DNA of 64,000 nt from Spongospora subterranea f. sp. subterranea (Eukaryota), in assembly GCA_049724395.1 (NCBI GenBank), contig JAUGWO010000091.1, positions 62,001-126,000 of the forward strand. Reading direction: 5' to 3'. The position numbers and the translations under genes are program-made. The notes under the pieces are model-generated. The model worked only from the letters and a program-made list of their open reading frames with translations, did not search any database and had not been told where the DNA came from. Shown here one piece after another: positions 12,705 to 25,624 of the stretch (the first letter of the stretch is position 1; every line of letters starts with the position of its first letter).

Positions 12705-15122
12705 ATGTCCATCGCCGAGCTTCGCACCGGTACGGGGAACTTACCATCGCGTCATCTAGATACCAAACCCACAGCTGGGAATAGATTGCGCCGAACCTCA
12801 GATCGATAACTCGTATTACAAAGGGTCCCAGATAATTCCTGTCGCCGCCCTAATCGATGAACTCAAGAATGATAATGTCGCTGTAATCCTTGCCCGCTGC
12901 TATTGCGCTTTGAGGTTGCTGAACCTTATCTACAGGTTCGGTTAAGTTCCATCAGCAAACTCGTGGAAATTGCGGACGCCCTAGGACCCCAACGCTCCCG
13001 TGAGGAACTTATCCCATATCTTAACGATTTCATCGAGGACGATGATGATATTCTGCTAGCTCTAGCAGAGCAGCTTCCTAAACTCATCAATCAGGTCGGT
13101 ATATTATCCCGCCGTTTTTGAGTCTAACGTGCTGCTTAGGTTGGGGGAGCCGACCACGCGCATACGCTTTTTGCCCCATTAGAGACCATTGCCGGTGTGG
13201 AAGAACCATCCGTTCGCGATAAAGCTATTGAAGCAATTATTCATATTTCCAAGTCGCTCTCCTTTGATCACGTCATCAAACATTTTATACCGCTTATCGA
13301 ACGGTTTGCTACTGGAGAATGGTTCACCTCAAGGACAGCTTGTTGCCCCTTGTTCAGTGTTGGATATCGGTTTTTGCTGGATTCCCGTGAAGATTGTCAA
13401 GCTAGGTCGGTATTTACATGTCCTCATCAAACATTACTGGAATTAAAGCGTGTTCAGCTGTATGAATTTGCTGACTTTGTACTCCAAACTTTGCACCGAT
13501 GAGACACCAATGGTTCGACGTGCTGCGTGCACAAATATCGGAAGCCTGGCAGCTTGCGTTGACAAAACCAGTTTTTTCAAATATGTGTACCCAAGTTTTC
13601 TAACTCTCTCTAAGGATGATCAAGATTCTATCAGGCTGCTGGCAGTTGGCAACTGTGTCAGGCTAGCTGAGGTCGTAGACCCAGATGAAATCGTAAACAA
13701 AATTAGAAAAAATCATGGTTTTTTTTCTAAATATTCTGCGCAGGAAAGCGTAGTACTTCCTATCGTTCTAAGCCTTTGCCAAGATAAATCCTGGAGAGTG
13801 AGGTATATGGCGGCTGACAAATTTACTGAGGTACTGTAAGGCCTTTATTCGTTATGTATCACATTCGATGTTTATTTTACCTCCCAGCTTTATGTAAGGC
13901 TTTCACCGGAGATCATTAATAGGCAGATGATTGATTGTTTTATCGCTCTGCTTACCGACGTTGAACCTGAAGTGCGCGCTGTTGCAACTGCAAAGATTAC
14001 CCGTGGGTGTAAAAAGTTTTTACAAATTGCTCATTTTCTAAATGCTCAACTGTAGTCGTGTGTGCTGTTCTGAAAAAGGAGCTAATAACGTTCAGAATTT
14101 TGCCTGTTTTGGCTGGTCTTTCATCGTGTCAATCACATTATGTTCGAGCCGCTCTTGCTGGTGTGGTTATGGGCATTTCAGAGTTCGTTACCCGAGATGA
14201 ATTCTTCGAGCATCTTTTACCGTTATTCCTCCTATTTCTGCGTAATAATCTGTCACTCGCCGTTCGAGATTTCATTTTCTGAAACTTTGCAGGCGACCCT
14301 GTTCCTGATGTCCGTTTGAAAATTATTTCGCGTTTGGACTACATTCAAACTCTTGTCGGAATTGATTTATTTGTTCAATCATTACTCCCGGCGATTTCCA
14401 GCTTAGCGAGTGACCCGAATTGGCGGGTTCGGCTAGCCATCATCGAGAACATCCCGCTTATAGCTGAGCAGCTTGTAAGTTGTGCTTATGTCAGCGGTGC
14501 CATGCTTGTATATCCATTAATCTTAGGGCGCCGATTTTTTTGAGCAACACTTACGTAATCTTGCTCTTTCATGGATGTGTGACCCTGTTTTTTCTGTCCG
14601 TGCTGCTGCAACCAAGAATCTAACGAGGTTCACCACCACATTCGGTAAAGAATGGTGCATACGGGAGATTTTTCCTCGCGTCATAGACATGATGGCAAAT
14701 CCGCATTATTTATACAGAATGAATGCGCTAACGGCAGTGATTGTTTGTGATTATTTTTGTGCATTATTTCTTGCTGCTGATTTCAATTTTTCTTAGGAAT
14801 TGGAACCTGCTTGCGGAGCGGCATCTATCGAGACGGGGCTGTTGCCTTCTGTTTTGAAGCTTGCAAGCGATCCGGTGCGGTTCCCCGATTGAATTGAGTG
14901 CAGGTCGATGATTTCATTTAGGTTCCTAATATCCGATTTAATGTCTCGAAATTTATCAGCAGCATGGCACCGCGTCTAGCTGTTTCAGTTGTAACTCGGG
15001 ATATCATCCCCGTTCTTGATGTACTTCTCAGCGATCTAGACTGCGACGTCCGGTATTTTTCTGATCTGGCTATGTCTTTATGTAAATCGCTAGTAGACCA
15101 GGACATGATCATGCATGACTAA
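12705..15122 (+). CDS. PPP2R1A: Protein phosphatase 2A scaffold (A/PR65) subunit, HEAT repeats, multi-exon
   Basis: [61 protein letters not shown] and [10 protein letters not shown]. All exons join in frame with GT-AG introns; stop at 15120-15122. Confidence 0.96.
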
Positions 15123-16007
15123 AATGTTCCCGCTTCTATTTATTCATGAGTAACCTGATAATAAAGAGAGTAACTACTTATCCGTTTTACGCTCATAACG
15201 CATAATATCCCAAAAAAGAATGGGACTGCAATTAAATCAAACACGTAGGACTACTTGGCATCATTTCATCAGCGATCATTCTCTTAATTGCGATAATCTG
15301 TCGCATCGGTCTCTAAATCGTCTTGGTAAACAAATGATTTTTTAACTCAATGCATATGCGATATATTGTACAGGTTATGTTTGCGAAAAAGCCCACCCCA
15401 AAAGCGCTGATAGTTTCATTCAATAACTGCTGTTTTATTGCGCTAATAGACAAGGAGAAAAGCGAGACGCCATCGTATCAACGTTTGGGGAAGGATGGAT
15501 GGATGGCCCCTGATTTCATGATAAATTCTGTACTTTTACCAACCTCTCGCCACATTTTCGGCACACACAATTACGAATCGGTCGACAACATGAGCACCGT
15601 TTTTCCAACGGGTGACGGCCGTTTGCCTTCTCCCCTCTATTTACCACTGATACGCTGGCTGTCAGATCCTAATAAAAATTGCTTTTGGCTCACATCGCCA
15701 CTTCTCCCGGAAAGGACAAATAGGAGCGATCACAATTGTATTCTGCCAATATTTGTTCTCGCGAGCAGCCGAAGCAGGCAAAGCAATCCCGATGTCCAAC
15801 TGCAGAACATTGCTTCGGTACCGTATCTTGTTTCATAAACTGCCCACGAAGCCTGTTTTACGAACGGTAAGCTTGCAAAAAGCGTACTTCCGTAAGATGA
15901 AGCACCGGCGTCAGCGAAATCTACTACGAAACATCTCTAACTACTATGGAGTGAAGCTCGATTTGCCGAGGAAATTTCATATTTTTTACGATATGATTAC
16001 TATTTTG

Positions 16008-17157
16008 CTAAACATGACCAGCGGCGGATTTCCTGCACAGGAAACTTTGGCCAATACTGGACTTGCTGATGCCCAATAGGGTTCTGACCCGACCCTGGAA
16101 CCGATCATCTGACGCTCCCATATCATTCGATGGCACGTGAATCTCCTTCTTCCACGTCTTTCCGTCGAAGAATATCAATCTGGATTGAAGGGACGGTATC
16201 GATTCGTCCGAATCATCGACCAGCGCCACCAGCTTGTCGTTGACCACGGTCAAGCCCATCACATTCGTGGCCGGGATCGACGGAAGCGACGTCCACTGCA
16301 GGGTGTCGATGTCGAACACGCAACACATGTCGGTCGTAGCTTCACGAAGCGCTCGAACCCATCCGCCAGCGATTACCAGACGATTGTTCCAGACGACGAA
16401 CCCGCCGGGGAAGTGAGGCCCATCTGGTTGACGAGGGAGACTCTTCCACGAGCCGTTGACAGGATCTAGGGTGAGCGACAGATCAACGAGTCGCCCGTCG
16501 TCATCCCCACCGACCAGTAACAAAATCTGCTGATTTTGACTGGCGATGACGCCAACTGACGCCAAACAGATGTCCATATGGAGTCGGGTCAGTTCACTCC
16601 ATTGGCGTAGACGGTTGTCGAACTGCATCACGATCTGTCTGTCCACGTTCATACCCGGCAATCACGATCAGGCAATGATCGTTCAGGACGCAGCCGATCA
16701 AGAATCGATCGAGAGCGTTGCAGGACGGAAGGGAGATCCACCGGCGATTGACAGGATCGTACTCTGCACAGGTTCCAATGCCGATGGCGATCAGGCGCTT
16801 GTTCAACGTGGCCAGCCATTGCGTCCCGGGATAAGGGTGAATAAACCCCCAGCGCTGCGATAATGGGTCAAACACGTTGATCGTCCCGTTGCTAGAGCCT
16901 TCGGCGACGACAATAACCTCCCGCGTGTCCATGATCTTTTTCGCCGCCAGATTCCAACTACGACACACGGGCGAGATTCGCGCCAGGTCTCTGGATGGGC
17001 CCAAACATTGTAAAACCCTCCGAACGATATCGTTTAGGTAGAAATGATCCTGTTCATATCCCTCCCCCTCCTGGTTGCGGTCGTCTTTGGTGCTGGAGTC
17101 AGTGCAAAAGAGCCATCTAAGGGAGCGGATCATGGGCTTTTCACAACTCAGGCCCAT
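16008..17157 (-). CDS. Intronless F-box/kelch-repeat protein split by a +1 frameshift at ~16654-16656 (pseudogene or assembly error)
   Basis: F-box-like LNDIVRRVLQCLGPSRDLARISPVCRSWN. Kelch blades VFDPLSQRW, EYDPVNRRW, RLVIAGG..VFDIDTLQW and FFDGKTW are spread over ORFs 16594..17325 and 16008..16661. The start codon is uncertain. Confidence 0.75.
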
Positions 17158-17199
17158 CTCTTCGACGGCCGAACCCCGCATTAGAATCCGCATGATGTT

Positions 17200-17280
17200 G
17201 ATTCGGGACCGATCCTGACACTTGGCCCGGATTCCAGAGCGATCCTGACACTTGGCCCGGATTCCAGAGCGATCCTGACA
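17200..17280. repeat. 30-bp minisatellite (~2.7 copies)
   Basis: Unit cttggcccggattccagagcgatcctgaca occurs twice exactly, plus a partial copy. Confidence 0.95.
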
Positions 17281-17625
17281 AATATGGAAATCACCTGGGC
17301 CAATCTCCACTAAATGATGGTACAATGGTGATCGGTCGATCTTTCTAACGGTTCCGAAACGGGGGGACTCTTAGATCTTTGACTGGATTCCCAACCCTCA
17401 TGACCAGGAAGAATCTGGCTCGTTTTCACGAATCGCAATGCTCTTGTCTAGATATAGGCGGTTCCTAATTGTAAATGGTCAGAGAACATCGCGACGAAGA
17501 ATTGTTGTTTTCTATAGAATGTAAGGGAATCGAGGATCAATTGCTAAAAAACATTCATTCATTGAAAGTGTGAGATTCTGATACATCAAAAACACAAAAC
17601 ATGTTGGAAAAAATTGCAAAATACT

Positions 17626-17698
17626 AGCCCATGCAGGGATTCGAACCCTGGCATCGAGATTCAAAGTCTCACATCATGAACCACTAGAACACACGGGC
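17626..17698 (-). tRNA. tRNA-Gln (TTG), atypical D-arm
   Basis: Acceptor GCCCGTG/CATGGGC, anticodon arm TGAGA-CTTTGAA-TCTCG, T-arm CAGGG-TTCGAAT-CCCTG, discriminator U, and downstream T-runs (Pol III terminator). Confidence 0.8.
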
Positions 17699-19376
17699 TG
17701 GCAACTGACGATAACAGACCATGCGCTAACATATGAAGAACATCATTACTTAACAGAGAGAGTACACTCTGATGACTCTCCGAAGGAACTTAATAAAGTT
17801 TAGTTCGCTATCAACCTTCTTGCGCATCTGTAAGACGAAAATAAGCCGAGAACTATCATCAAAACGTTGAAATATAAAATACAATGCGAGTCATTCCAAG
17901 GGCCGATGGAAACAAAACCGACTGTTGATTGATTGAACAGTGATTCGCGGCACCACGGGCCATTGCGGAATTTCTAACCTTTTTTCCATTTTTTTCACTA
18001 GTTATCCCAAATCCCGACTGGTTTTTTATACTGGCTTCGCTGTGACCCCAGTCGGACCCTCAAAAATCTTTTCGTCTCGATGTACATAGCCCTCTTCGGC
18101 GTGGCGCATATTTCAGTTGTCATCAATGTCGACTATCGTGCGCATCCTCAACAATTACGCCATGACGACAACAGAGGGTAAGATATTATTATCAAAGGAG
18201 AGTCAGGATGAAATCACTTACATAGGGATTCGTTACCCAACTGTGAACTGACTATTTGTGGAAAATGAACAAGTCTGTTTTCCGTTCACATTAGTGTGAG
18301 TGACAATTCGCTGGTTTCGGGGCCACACAGGTCTTAGTGTGTGTGCCTGTGTGGCCACCAGTTGTGAAAACGCACTGGGCGTGTGTAGCACTATATCTGA
18401 AGGGTCAAGAATCGACTAAAAATAGTGTAAGGGGACCCGAATAAATGTTCCGAGGGCCGCCCTCACAATAACCTCGCAACAGATTTGCGGGCGAGGCAAT
18501 GATTCGCTGTGACATGTCGCTCAAGTGCCGAGGGAAGATGGTATCGACGATGAGTCAATTGCGAGCAGTTGCTGACGTGAATTTACGCTCCTGGTTGGGC
18601 AAACCGGAAGAGTTTGTTCCTTAATCGACAAATTACCAAACAAATTGCCGACAACGGTCAGAGGCGTCGACGTTCTTGAATGAAGGTGCGGAGCTCGCTG
18701 GTTTGCGTAATTCGCTATGATTTCGCCCCGACGTTATATCCAGTGTAGAGTACATTGGAAAAGTCATGCCCACATCACCGATTTCATCAGTCTAAACTTT
18801 TTTACTGATTTACTTTGACAACAGCCAAACTTGCACTGCACAGTCTGCAGCACTCACCAAACCGTCCGAATAAATTGGCCAATATTTCTTAAACACTTAA
18901 ACACTTCAAACATGGAGTTGATCCCACTCCAAACCGCACAGCCAGCACAAGTAGAGGGATCAAATGTAGCAGAGATTGTGAACCATCCGCACTACAATCG
19001 CTGCTTGGAAACACCACAATCCCACATGACGGGCCGTTCACTTATTATATGTTTCCTGCTACGTGATCTGTGCTCAATCGCAACACACTGACGGTACAAG
19101 TCGCATATAACGATTCATGATTTTGGTGTACCGGTGATTCGGTGAACTGCGATTGCGACTGCGGGAGGGCTGCTCTTCACGAGAAGTTGATGATGTGTGG
19201 ATAATCAATTGAGAACCAGCAATAATCACAATATTTGTGGGTAAAAATATCTGGGACGCCGTTTCCCACGGTTTTCAATCATCGACGAGGATCGGGGCGC
19301 AACTAACGACTGTGTGACGACACCTGTTTTTGGTCGTCATCACGATTGACGGCGCTTAGCCGCAATCTCAATCCGC

Positions 19377-22300
19377 ATGGCCCGATCTTCACATCTAGGA
19401 GAATACTTTCTCGTTGTCGGGCCTGGAAAAGATATCGTGCCTATTGCAGGGCAAACCAGTACGAACCCACTTGATATATCTTTTCAAGGTCGAGATCGGT
19501 TAGCGAATTTACTTTCTGTAAATCTGACATGGAATCCCATCAGGCGAAGTGCTAGACAGATATCCTCAATCTAGTTCTTCTGATTGTAATGCTGAATTCC
19601 CGCCTGGAATCGCCATGTTTTGTCTACCAAACGGGTTGCGATTTTCGAAGGACCCGGAAATGCCGATATTCTACTCTTTCGCGTCGACGGTGGGCAGCGG
19701 TGAGAGATTGTATGGAGCGTGTTTAAAGTTTTATGAAAAAGCATCAAATGTGAGCATCACTCGTAGTAGACAGCCCCTTTGAGTCTTACACGTCACCCAG
19801 GATATCGTCCTTCGTGCGAAGCAGGCTCTTGCTGATCTACACCGCAGTTCTGCCACAATTTCGAAAAAAGTAGCTGACTGGCAAAGCTCCAGCGTTTCGA
19901 GGTTCACGATTTAACCTGACCATTGTAATTTTCTTAATTGATCGCAGTAGTGGGGCCGATGACGACGGTGATCCTGATTCTGACGATGCTGTAAGCGGTA
20001 AGCTGTCAGCTGTAGCGGATTCTGGTGAAAATTCGAGGGAAAGTGTGGGCGACGACGATGGTGATTTTTCGCAGTTTGTTCCAGCTCATGATACCGGCAA
20101 AATGTTGTCTATGACGGATGCTGTAGAAGACCCGACCACAATGTTGACGGCTGCTGGGAATCCTTCTAGCAGTCTCAACGATGATCTTAGAAACAATTCC
20201 AATTCGTATTCGTCCGATGATTCCAATGTCCAAGAGGTGCTAAAGCTGCACTCTTGTGACACTGGTCTAAGTTGGTTCTTCAGAATGAAGTTTTTTTCGA
20301 CGCTGAAGAAGGGCCCGACGATACCATGGCAGCAGTGAGATATTTCAAAGTCCATTGGTTATTAGCAACGATTTAACAATTTTTTAGGAGGAAAAGGCAT
20401 CAAATGTTGAAGACTTTTGGTATGTCTTGCTTCCCATTCGTGATTTATCAGTCAACATCAGTCAGGTTTGCACCGAAATGTATTTCGCATTCTTTCGTCC
20501 TGGCCATTTTTTGGGCCGATGCGTACTTTTCTAACTCAACTGTATCGGATATCGTTGACTCCAACACCCATACCTCTGGAACGACATCTTGTTAATTTCA
20601 TGAGGGAAGTTCCTGTTCCTCCAAGAGGAGGTGTCAAAGTTCAATTCACCATTGCCGACCAGACCATCTGGTATTTTTTGCAGTGATTCTCTCGAAATTC
20701 AATCTCAAGTTTCTAATTTCACCAGTTTATCGCGACCACCTGTGAATGATCCGCTTAGTGATGTTGTCAGTGGCTTCGATTTGATTGAACTTTTTGAACT
20801 TCTTCCTGTCGACAAGGTTCCGGTATTATTCTGCATCATGCGCTCTGACACTGCAATCTTAGGTTGTAATTATTCTCGAATGCCTCTTGCTTGAGCGTAA
20901 GGTTGTTTTTTTGAGCTCTCAATACTCGCTGTTGATGTCCATTGCCGAATCCTTTCTGCTGCTTATGTATCCATTTCGTTGGCAGCATGTATACATCCCC
21001 CTTTTACCAGAGGTCATCCGTCGTAACAGACAATTTTTTGATGACGTCTGACAGTGCTCTCTTAGGCACTTTTGGATTTTTTAAACGCCCCAATGCCGTT
21101 TCTTATTGGCACTCACCATTCCTTTATCCGATCATATGCAGAACTTCCAGATTCTGTTATTATCGTTAGTAACCTATCGTAGGGATTTTTATGTTTGATT
21201 TGTAATTTTTCTGCACGGTTTGTTAGGTTAATTTGGACGCACAGTCTGTTGCTGTTCCTGGGAACCCACCAAGATTACCTGGTCCGTCCTAGATTATATA
21301 TGTGAAGAAGAAATTTGATTAATCGTTTCAGAACATGAACGTAGCAAGCTAATTTCTTCGCTCAAAAGCGTTGTGACCTACCAAAACAGCCTCTGGGGTG
21401 CGAGGTCGCCATTATCAGCATCGGCGTCGGCGAATAATTCCCCAACTGCAGCACGCAAGCAGGATGGAGCAGTCAACGAAGCATTTCTTTCGTTGGCCTG
21501 GACTGAAGCTGATCTGGTATCATGGTTTCATCATCGTCCTCGCTAGTGACTATCCCAACAATATCCTAGGCGTTCACTAACGCCCCGCCTCCTGATCAAG
21601 TTGAAATGACCTCAAAACATATCCGAGTTGGAATGGACTCCAAAGGAATTCGCTCTGCGTTTTTCCGCGTCTTCGTCTCAATGCTCAAAAACTATCGAGA
21701 CTTTATCGTATATCCTAATGAAGGCGATCCGTTTCCGAATTCATTCTTTAGAGCCGAAGAGTATGATTTATCTGGCTGGTCGCGAACCAAACTCAGTTGT
21801 TCGCAGATTTATTGCAACTTTTCCAAACTCCTCTCATCGGTTTCTAGCGGATTTTCTGTCGACACAAGCTTTTGCTAAGTGAGTGCAACGGTCTTTTCAT
21901 ATTGTTTCCACTTTTCTTCTGATTTCATAGTTAGATTTATTGAGGATCGGGTCGTCCCCGGTTGCGAAGGCACTTCATCCACACCCACCGCTTCAGATCC
22001 TACCAACATGCACGTCGATACTAATGACGCAGATGTGTTGGTATTTGACGAATCGATCATTGTTAAACACAATAGATCAAAATTTGTCAAGAAAAAACCC
22101 ACCAGGTTTTTAGACCAGGACTTTTCTAAAGATGGAACGACATTTGTGGGTTGTTGCTCTAATCGACATGCAACAATTTTGATTCTGTTTAGGTTGCACC
22201 CAGCTCAGAAGCCTCGGATTTGCCAGTGTCCAGCTTCGACTATCCAGTGTGGCCTGTACCTCTCAAACCAGAACTTTTCAATCAACCGCGTTTGACTACA

Positions 22301-23759
22301 TCGCTGTTAAGACTTGATAGTGTGAGGCGACGAGATTTACAAAGCAAGAAAGGTGTTTCTCGTGCAACAGTAATATACTCCATCAGCTCCGTTCATATAT
22401 GGTTTTAATAATGGAATAGCTTTGGGAAAGGAAGTCTAGCGGATCATCTTTACCAATCTTATCATCTCAGCAACATATTTTTGCCGTTTGGTTTTCATTA
22501 CTAACCGTGATCTGCTCTACGAAACGCCAAGCCAAGCTTTTGTCGTCTGCTTTCCCCGTTCTTGAGCGGCTCAGACAGGCTGGGATTCCCGCAGACCAAC
22601 AGATTTTCAAAGACCTGATACAGTGCTGCGGGAAGTGTAAGTGTCCTGAAGTTGCGCTAGTTTTTCTTGAACATATGCAGAGGTCAAGAGTTGGGATTGC
22701 TGCAGTTTTTTTCTGGTGCTGATTGTTTTTTAGAGATGGGATTGTTGCCGACGCACAAATATACTCGGCGCTATTTACCGCTTTCAGCACAAATGGCGAT
22801 TTATCCCATGCCTATCATACACTTGGTACCCTTGGTATGTTTCCAACGCGATTAGGGAGTCCCTTGCGTAATTATGTAAACAGGTCGGGTCAAAAAACCG
22901 CTATCTCCGGACAGCGAATCTTTGAAGGCCGGTCTTTCGAATTCATGGAGAAGAGAGAAGCAAACGGCGCCCACTATGTTTGATGAAGAGGAATGTCGTC
23001 AAAGCTTCAATGCAGCGTTTCCCGGTATGGAGTTGGATACTGACGTTCTAACAACCAGATTTTCACGCTGTTCACAGGTCTTCAATGCGTGACGAAAGAA
23101 ACCTGTCCTCAATGCGGCATCGTAATGACAGATGAACAGATACGTCATGGTTGGAAAATTGACAGCAATGACTACACAACTGTATGCGGAAGCTGTCATA
23201 ATCGGTAAGTTGTTTGACTTTTCGCGTCGCAAGCGGCTGATCAAGTGACTTGCCTTTAGGTTTGTCCCTAGATTTTGCGTTTATGCTAAAGATGGATCGA
23301 ATCCTATTTTTTGTGAATATTTATCCCCTCCAGTCCTGCAAAAGGAACTCGACACATTGTTACGGGACCTACAGCAACATCAAGGAGATTACATCACCTC
23401 AAGAACTTTTCAACTGCGCTCCCCGACGGTGTTCTGGAATCTGGTTTGGCATCTAACAAATCTAGCATTACCTATCAACCATTTAGTCCCGTGGATGTCA
23501 ACAATATCCCCTGAGAAGTAAATCTCTGGCATGGTGATCTGGTTCTTAATTTGACAAATTATGCAGGTCGGCTGGACGAACCAGTTCCAGCCCGAGAACG
23601 ACAGGAGTTGGTCGGAGCCCGAGACGCAATCGGTCGGCTTTTAATGTTGGCGGTGCAGTTGCATTGTCGTCTGGGAACCGATGCTCTTCTGCGCTTCCAC
23701 AAATCGCTGTTGATTCCGGGCCATTCAAATATGCTCTAGAAAGTACCGATCTTCCATAA
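19377..23759 (+). CDS. DENN-domain Rab GEF, DENND4/CRAG-like (uDENN-DENN-dDENN, PPR-like repeats, C-terminal CxxC..CxxC); +1 frameshift at ~20486
   Basis: EYFLVVG, PPGIAMFCLPNG, FAPKCI(C)ILSSWPFF, LLMYPFRWQHVYIPLLP, FLSTQAF, PPR-like IPADQQIFKDLIQCCGKC, and CPQCGIVMTDEQIRHGWKIDSNDYTTVCGSC. The last exon is uncertain (alternative stop at ~23521). Confidence 0.88.
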
Positions 23760-25624
23760 CTTTTGTAAATTATTCAGTATATTTTTCAGAAAAAACCACA
23801 TAAATATAAAAAGTCCATCGTTATTACAATCCTCGAATTCAAATCGCTTTCAAATTCTTTTCGACCCCCGGACGCTGCTGGTGACACTCAATCACCGTCA
23901 GAAATGTCATGATTGTTGAGCGAATGGTACGGGAGGGTTGCTGTCGTGAGATACAATCGGAAAATGGTTTCGATCTATCGTTGATGGTTCATTCAAGGGT
24001 GCAACGGAAGTCGGTGCAAAGGCTCGCGAACGCTTATGATAGTTTTTGGACTGATGCATCGCGTCGTTCGTATGTATTGACGACAATGCTGAACTTGAGG
24101 TCATGATGCAAAAGATGATGATATCGAAACGCCTTACGAATAAAGTCTGTATTCCTTGTGGAGAAGGCTGACGATGTGTTTGTCAATCCTGACCTGTGCT
24201 CTCCAGCTTGATAAAAACCTTTCGCTCTCATCGTCTATGTGCCTCGAATACTCACCAGCGTCTTCCGGCTATCAAAGAACGTTTCCGCCCCATTCTGTCA
24301 AGTTATTATTGTGCATGACTGTTGCAAATGTTCGAACACTCTATAACAATTTCGGAAACTGCACCAAAACCGAAATTAGCGGCCCTTTGAGGGTTCAGCA
24401 ATGAAACCGTTCGATGAGAGTTCACTTGGGCGATGGAGTATCAAATGCCGCACACCTCAGCGCTGGACAGATCGGGCGGACATTGGCATGATTGGGGAAA
24501 TGACGCGCGATTACGGTTGTGTTGAGCGTATCGATATCGATTATCCACTTTGATATGCACTGGTTTCTGGAGAAACGGCGTGGATCCAGGTTCAGGACAC
24601 GCGCGTAAAGGGCGAAACCGACGTTGGTCGCCTCAAAATGTGAAGCTACACCGAACATTCCCAGGGTATTCTGCTTACGCCATCGAAGACAGTCAACCCT
24701 TCAAACGAGGTTTACTACGTGGAGCAAAAAATCCCCCATTGCGATCATTTACTTTCTTCCCATACTCGTGATACCAAATCGTTTTCCCTACTGCTGGATG
24801 AAGGCAAATCGGAGGAGATAGAGATATTGTCGCGATAGGTTCATGATGGGTGATGCCGTTGATACCTTTGTATCTATCGGTTCAGCCGACTTCTTGATTC
24901 TAGTCGATGATGTGGGTGACAGGGGATTAAGAGCTAACGAAGGGCAACATGTGCCCACCACCGACTGTGTTCTCCTCTCGTTGGTCGTTGGAGAGAACGT
25001 TTGTTGAAGCGAATAAAGGAATGATTTATTGAGCGTTGGAGTATTCAAATAGAATAGCGAATGCTGTGATTATCGCCATTCTGACTGTCTGATTACACCC
25101 CCTACCCTTTTGATGAGACATCAGATATCCCCACAACGTCTGCCAAGATATTGAACTGGGGCGCTAGACCGCCACCTTGCTACTTACGAGAACGTCGTCG
25201 TCCCGATGGCGGTCTCTGATTTACCTCCCACACAGCATCGCAGTGCGATCGGTAGTAAAATGTCGGATACGCAATGGCTGATCTCGCGCGATATTCACTG
25301 GAACGGTCTGGGATGTGGCGTCAACATTCTCCTAGCCTAGCGTGTATTGTGACACGTTACTTGCCCAGACCACAACTCAAAGATCCTCCTCAAAACAACG
25401 ACGATAAAAGCGTTAAAGGATAAAGCGCCATCATGAAATGCATGCAGTTTCAACCAAAGCGATGCATTTTTTACCATCGCGGACGGGACGGGCTCTAGTC
25501 CGATCAACTGCATTGTACACACCGTACACGGTGCACAGTGAGGGTAGCGCCATCGTACATAAAGGGTGATCGGGTCATGTTCTTCTGACACCAGTGCCTT
25601 ATCAACAGTCCTGATCATAATCCG

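Noticed and set aside
17700..19370. Possible snRNA or other ncRNA in the long intergenic region
   Set aside because: No U1, U2 or U6 signature was seen by eye; an Infernal/Rfam scan would be needed.
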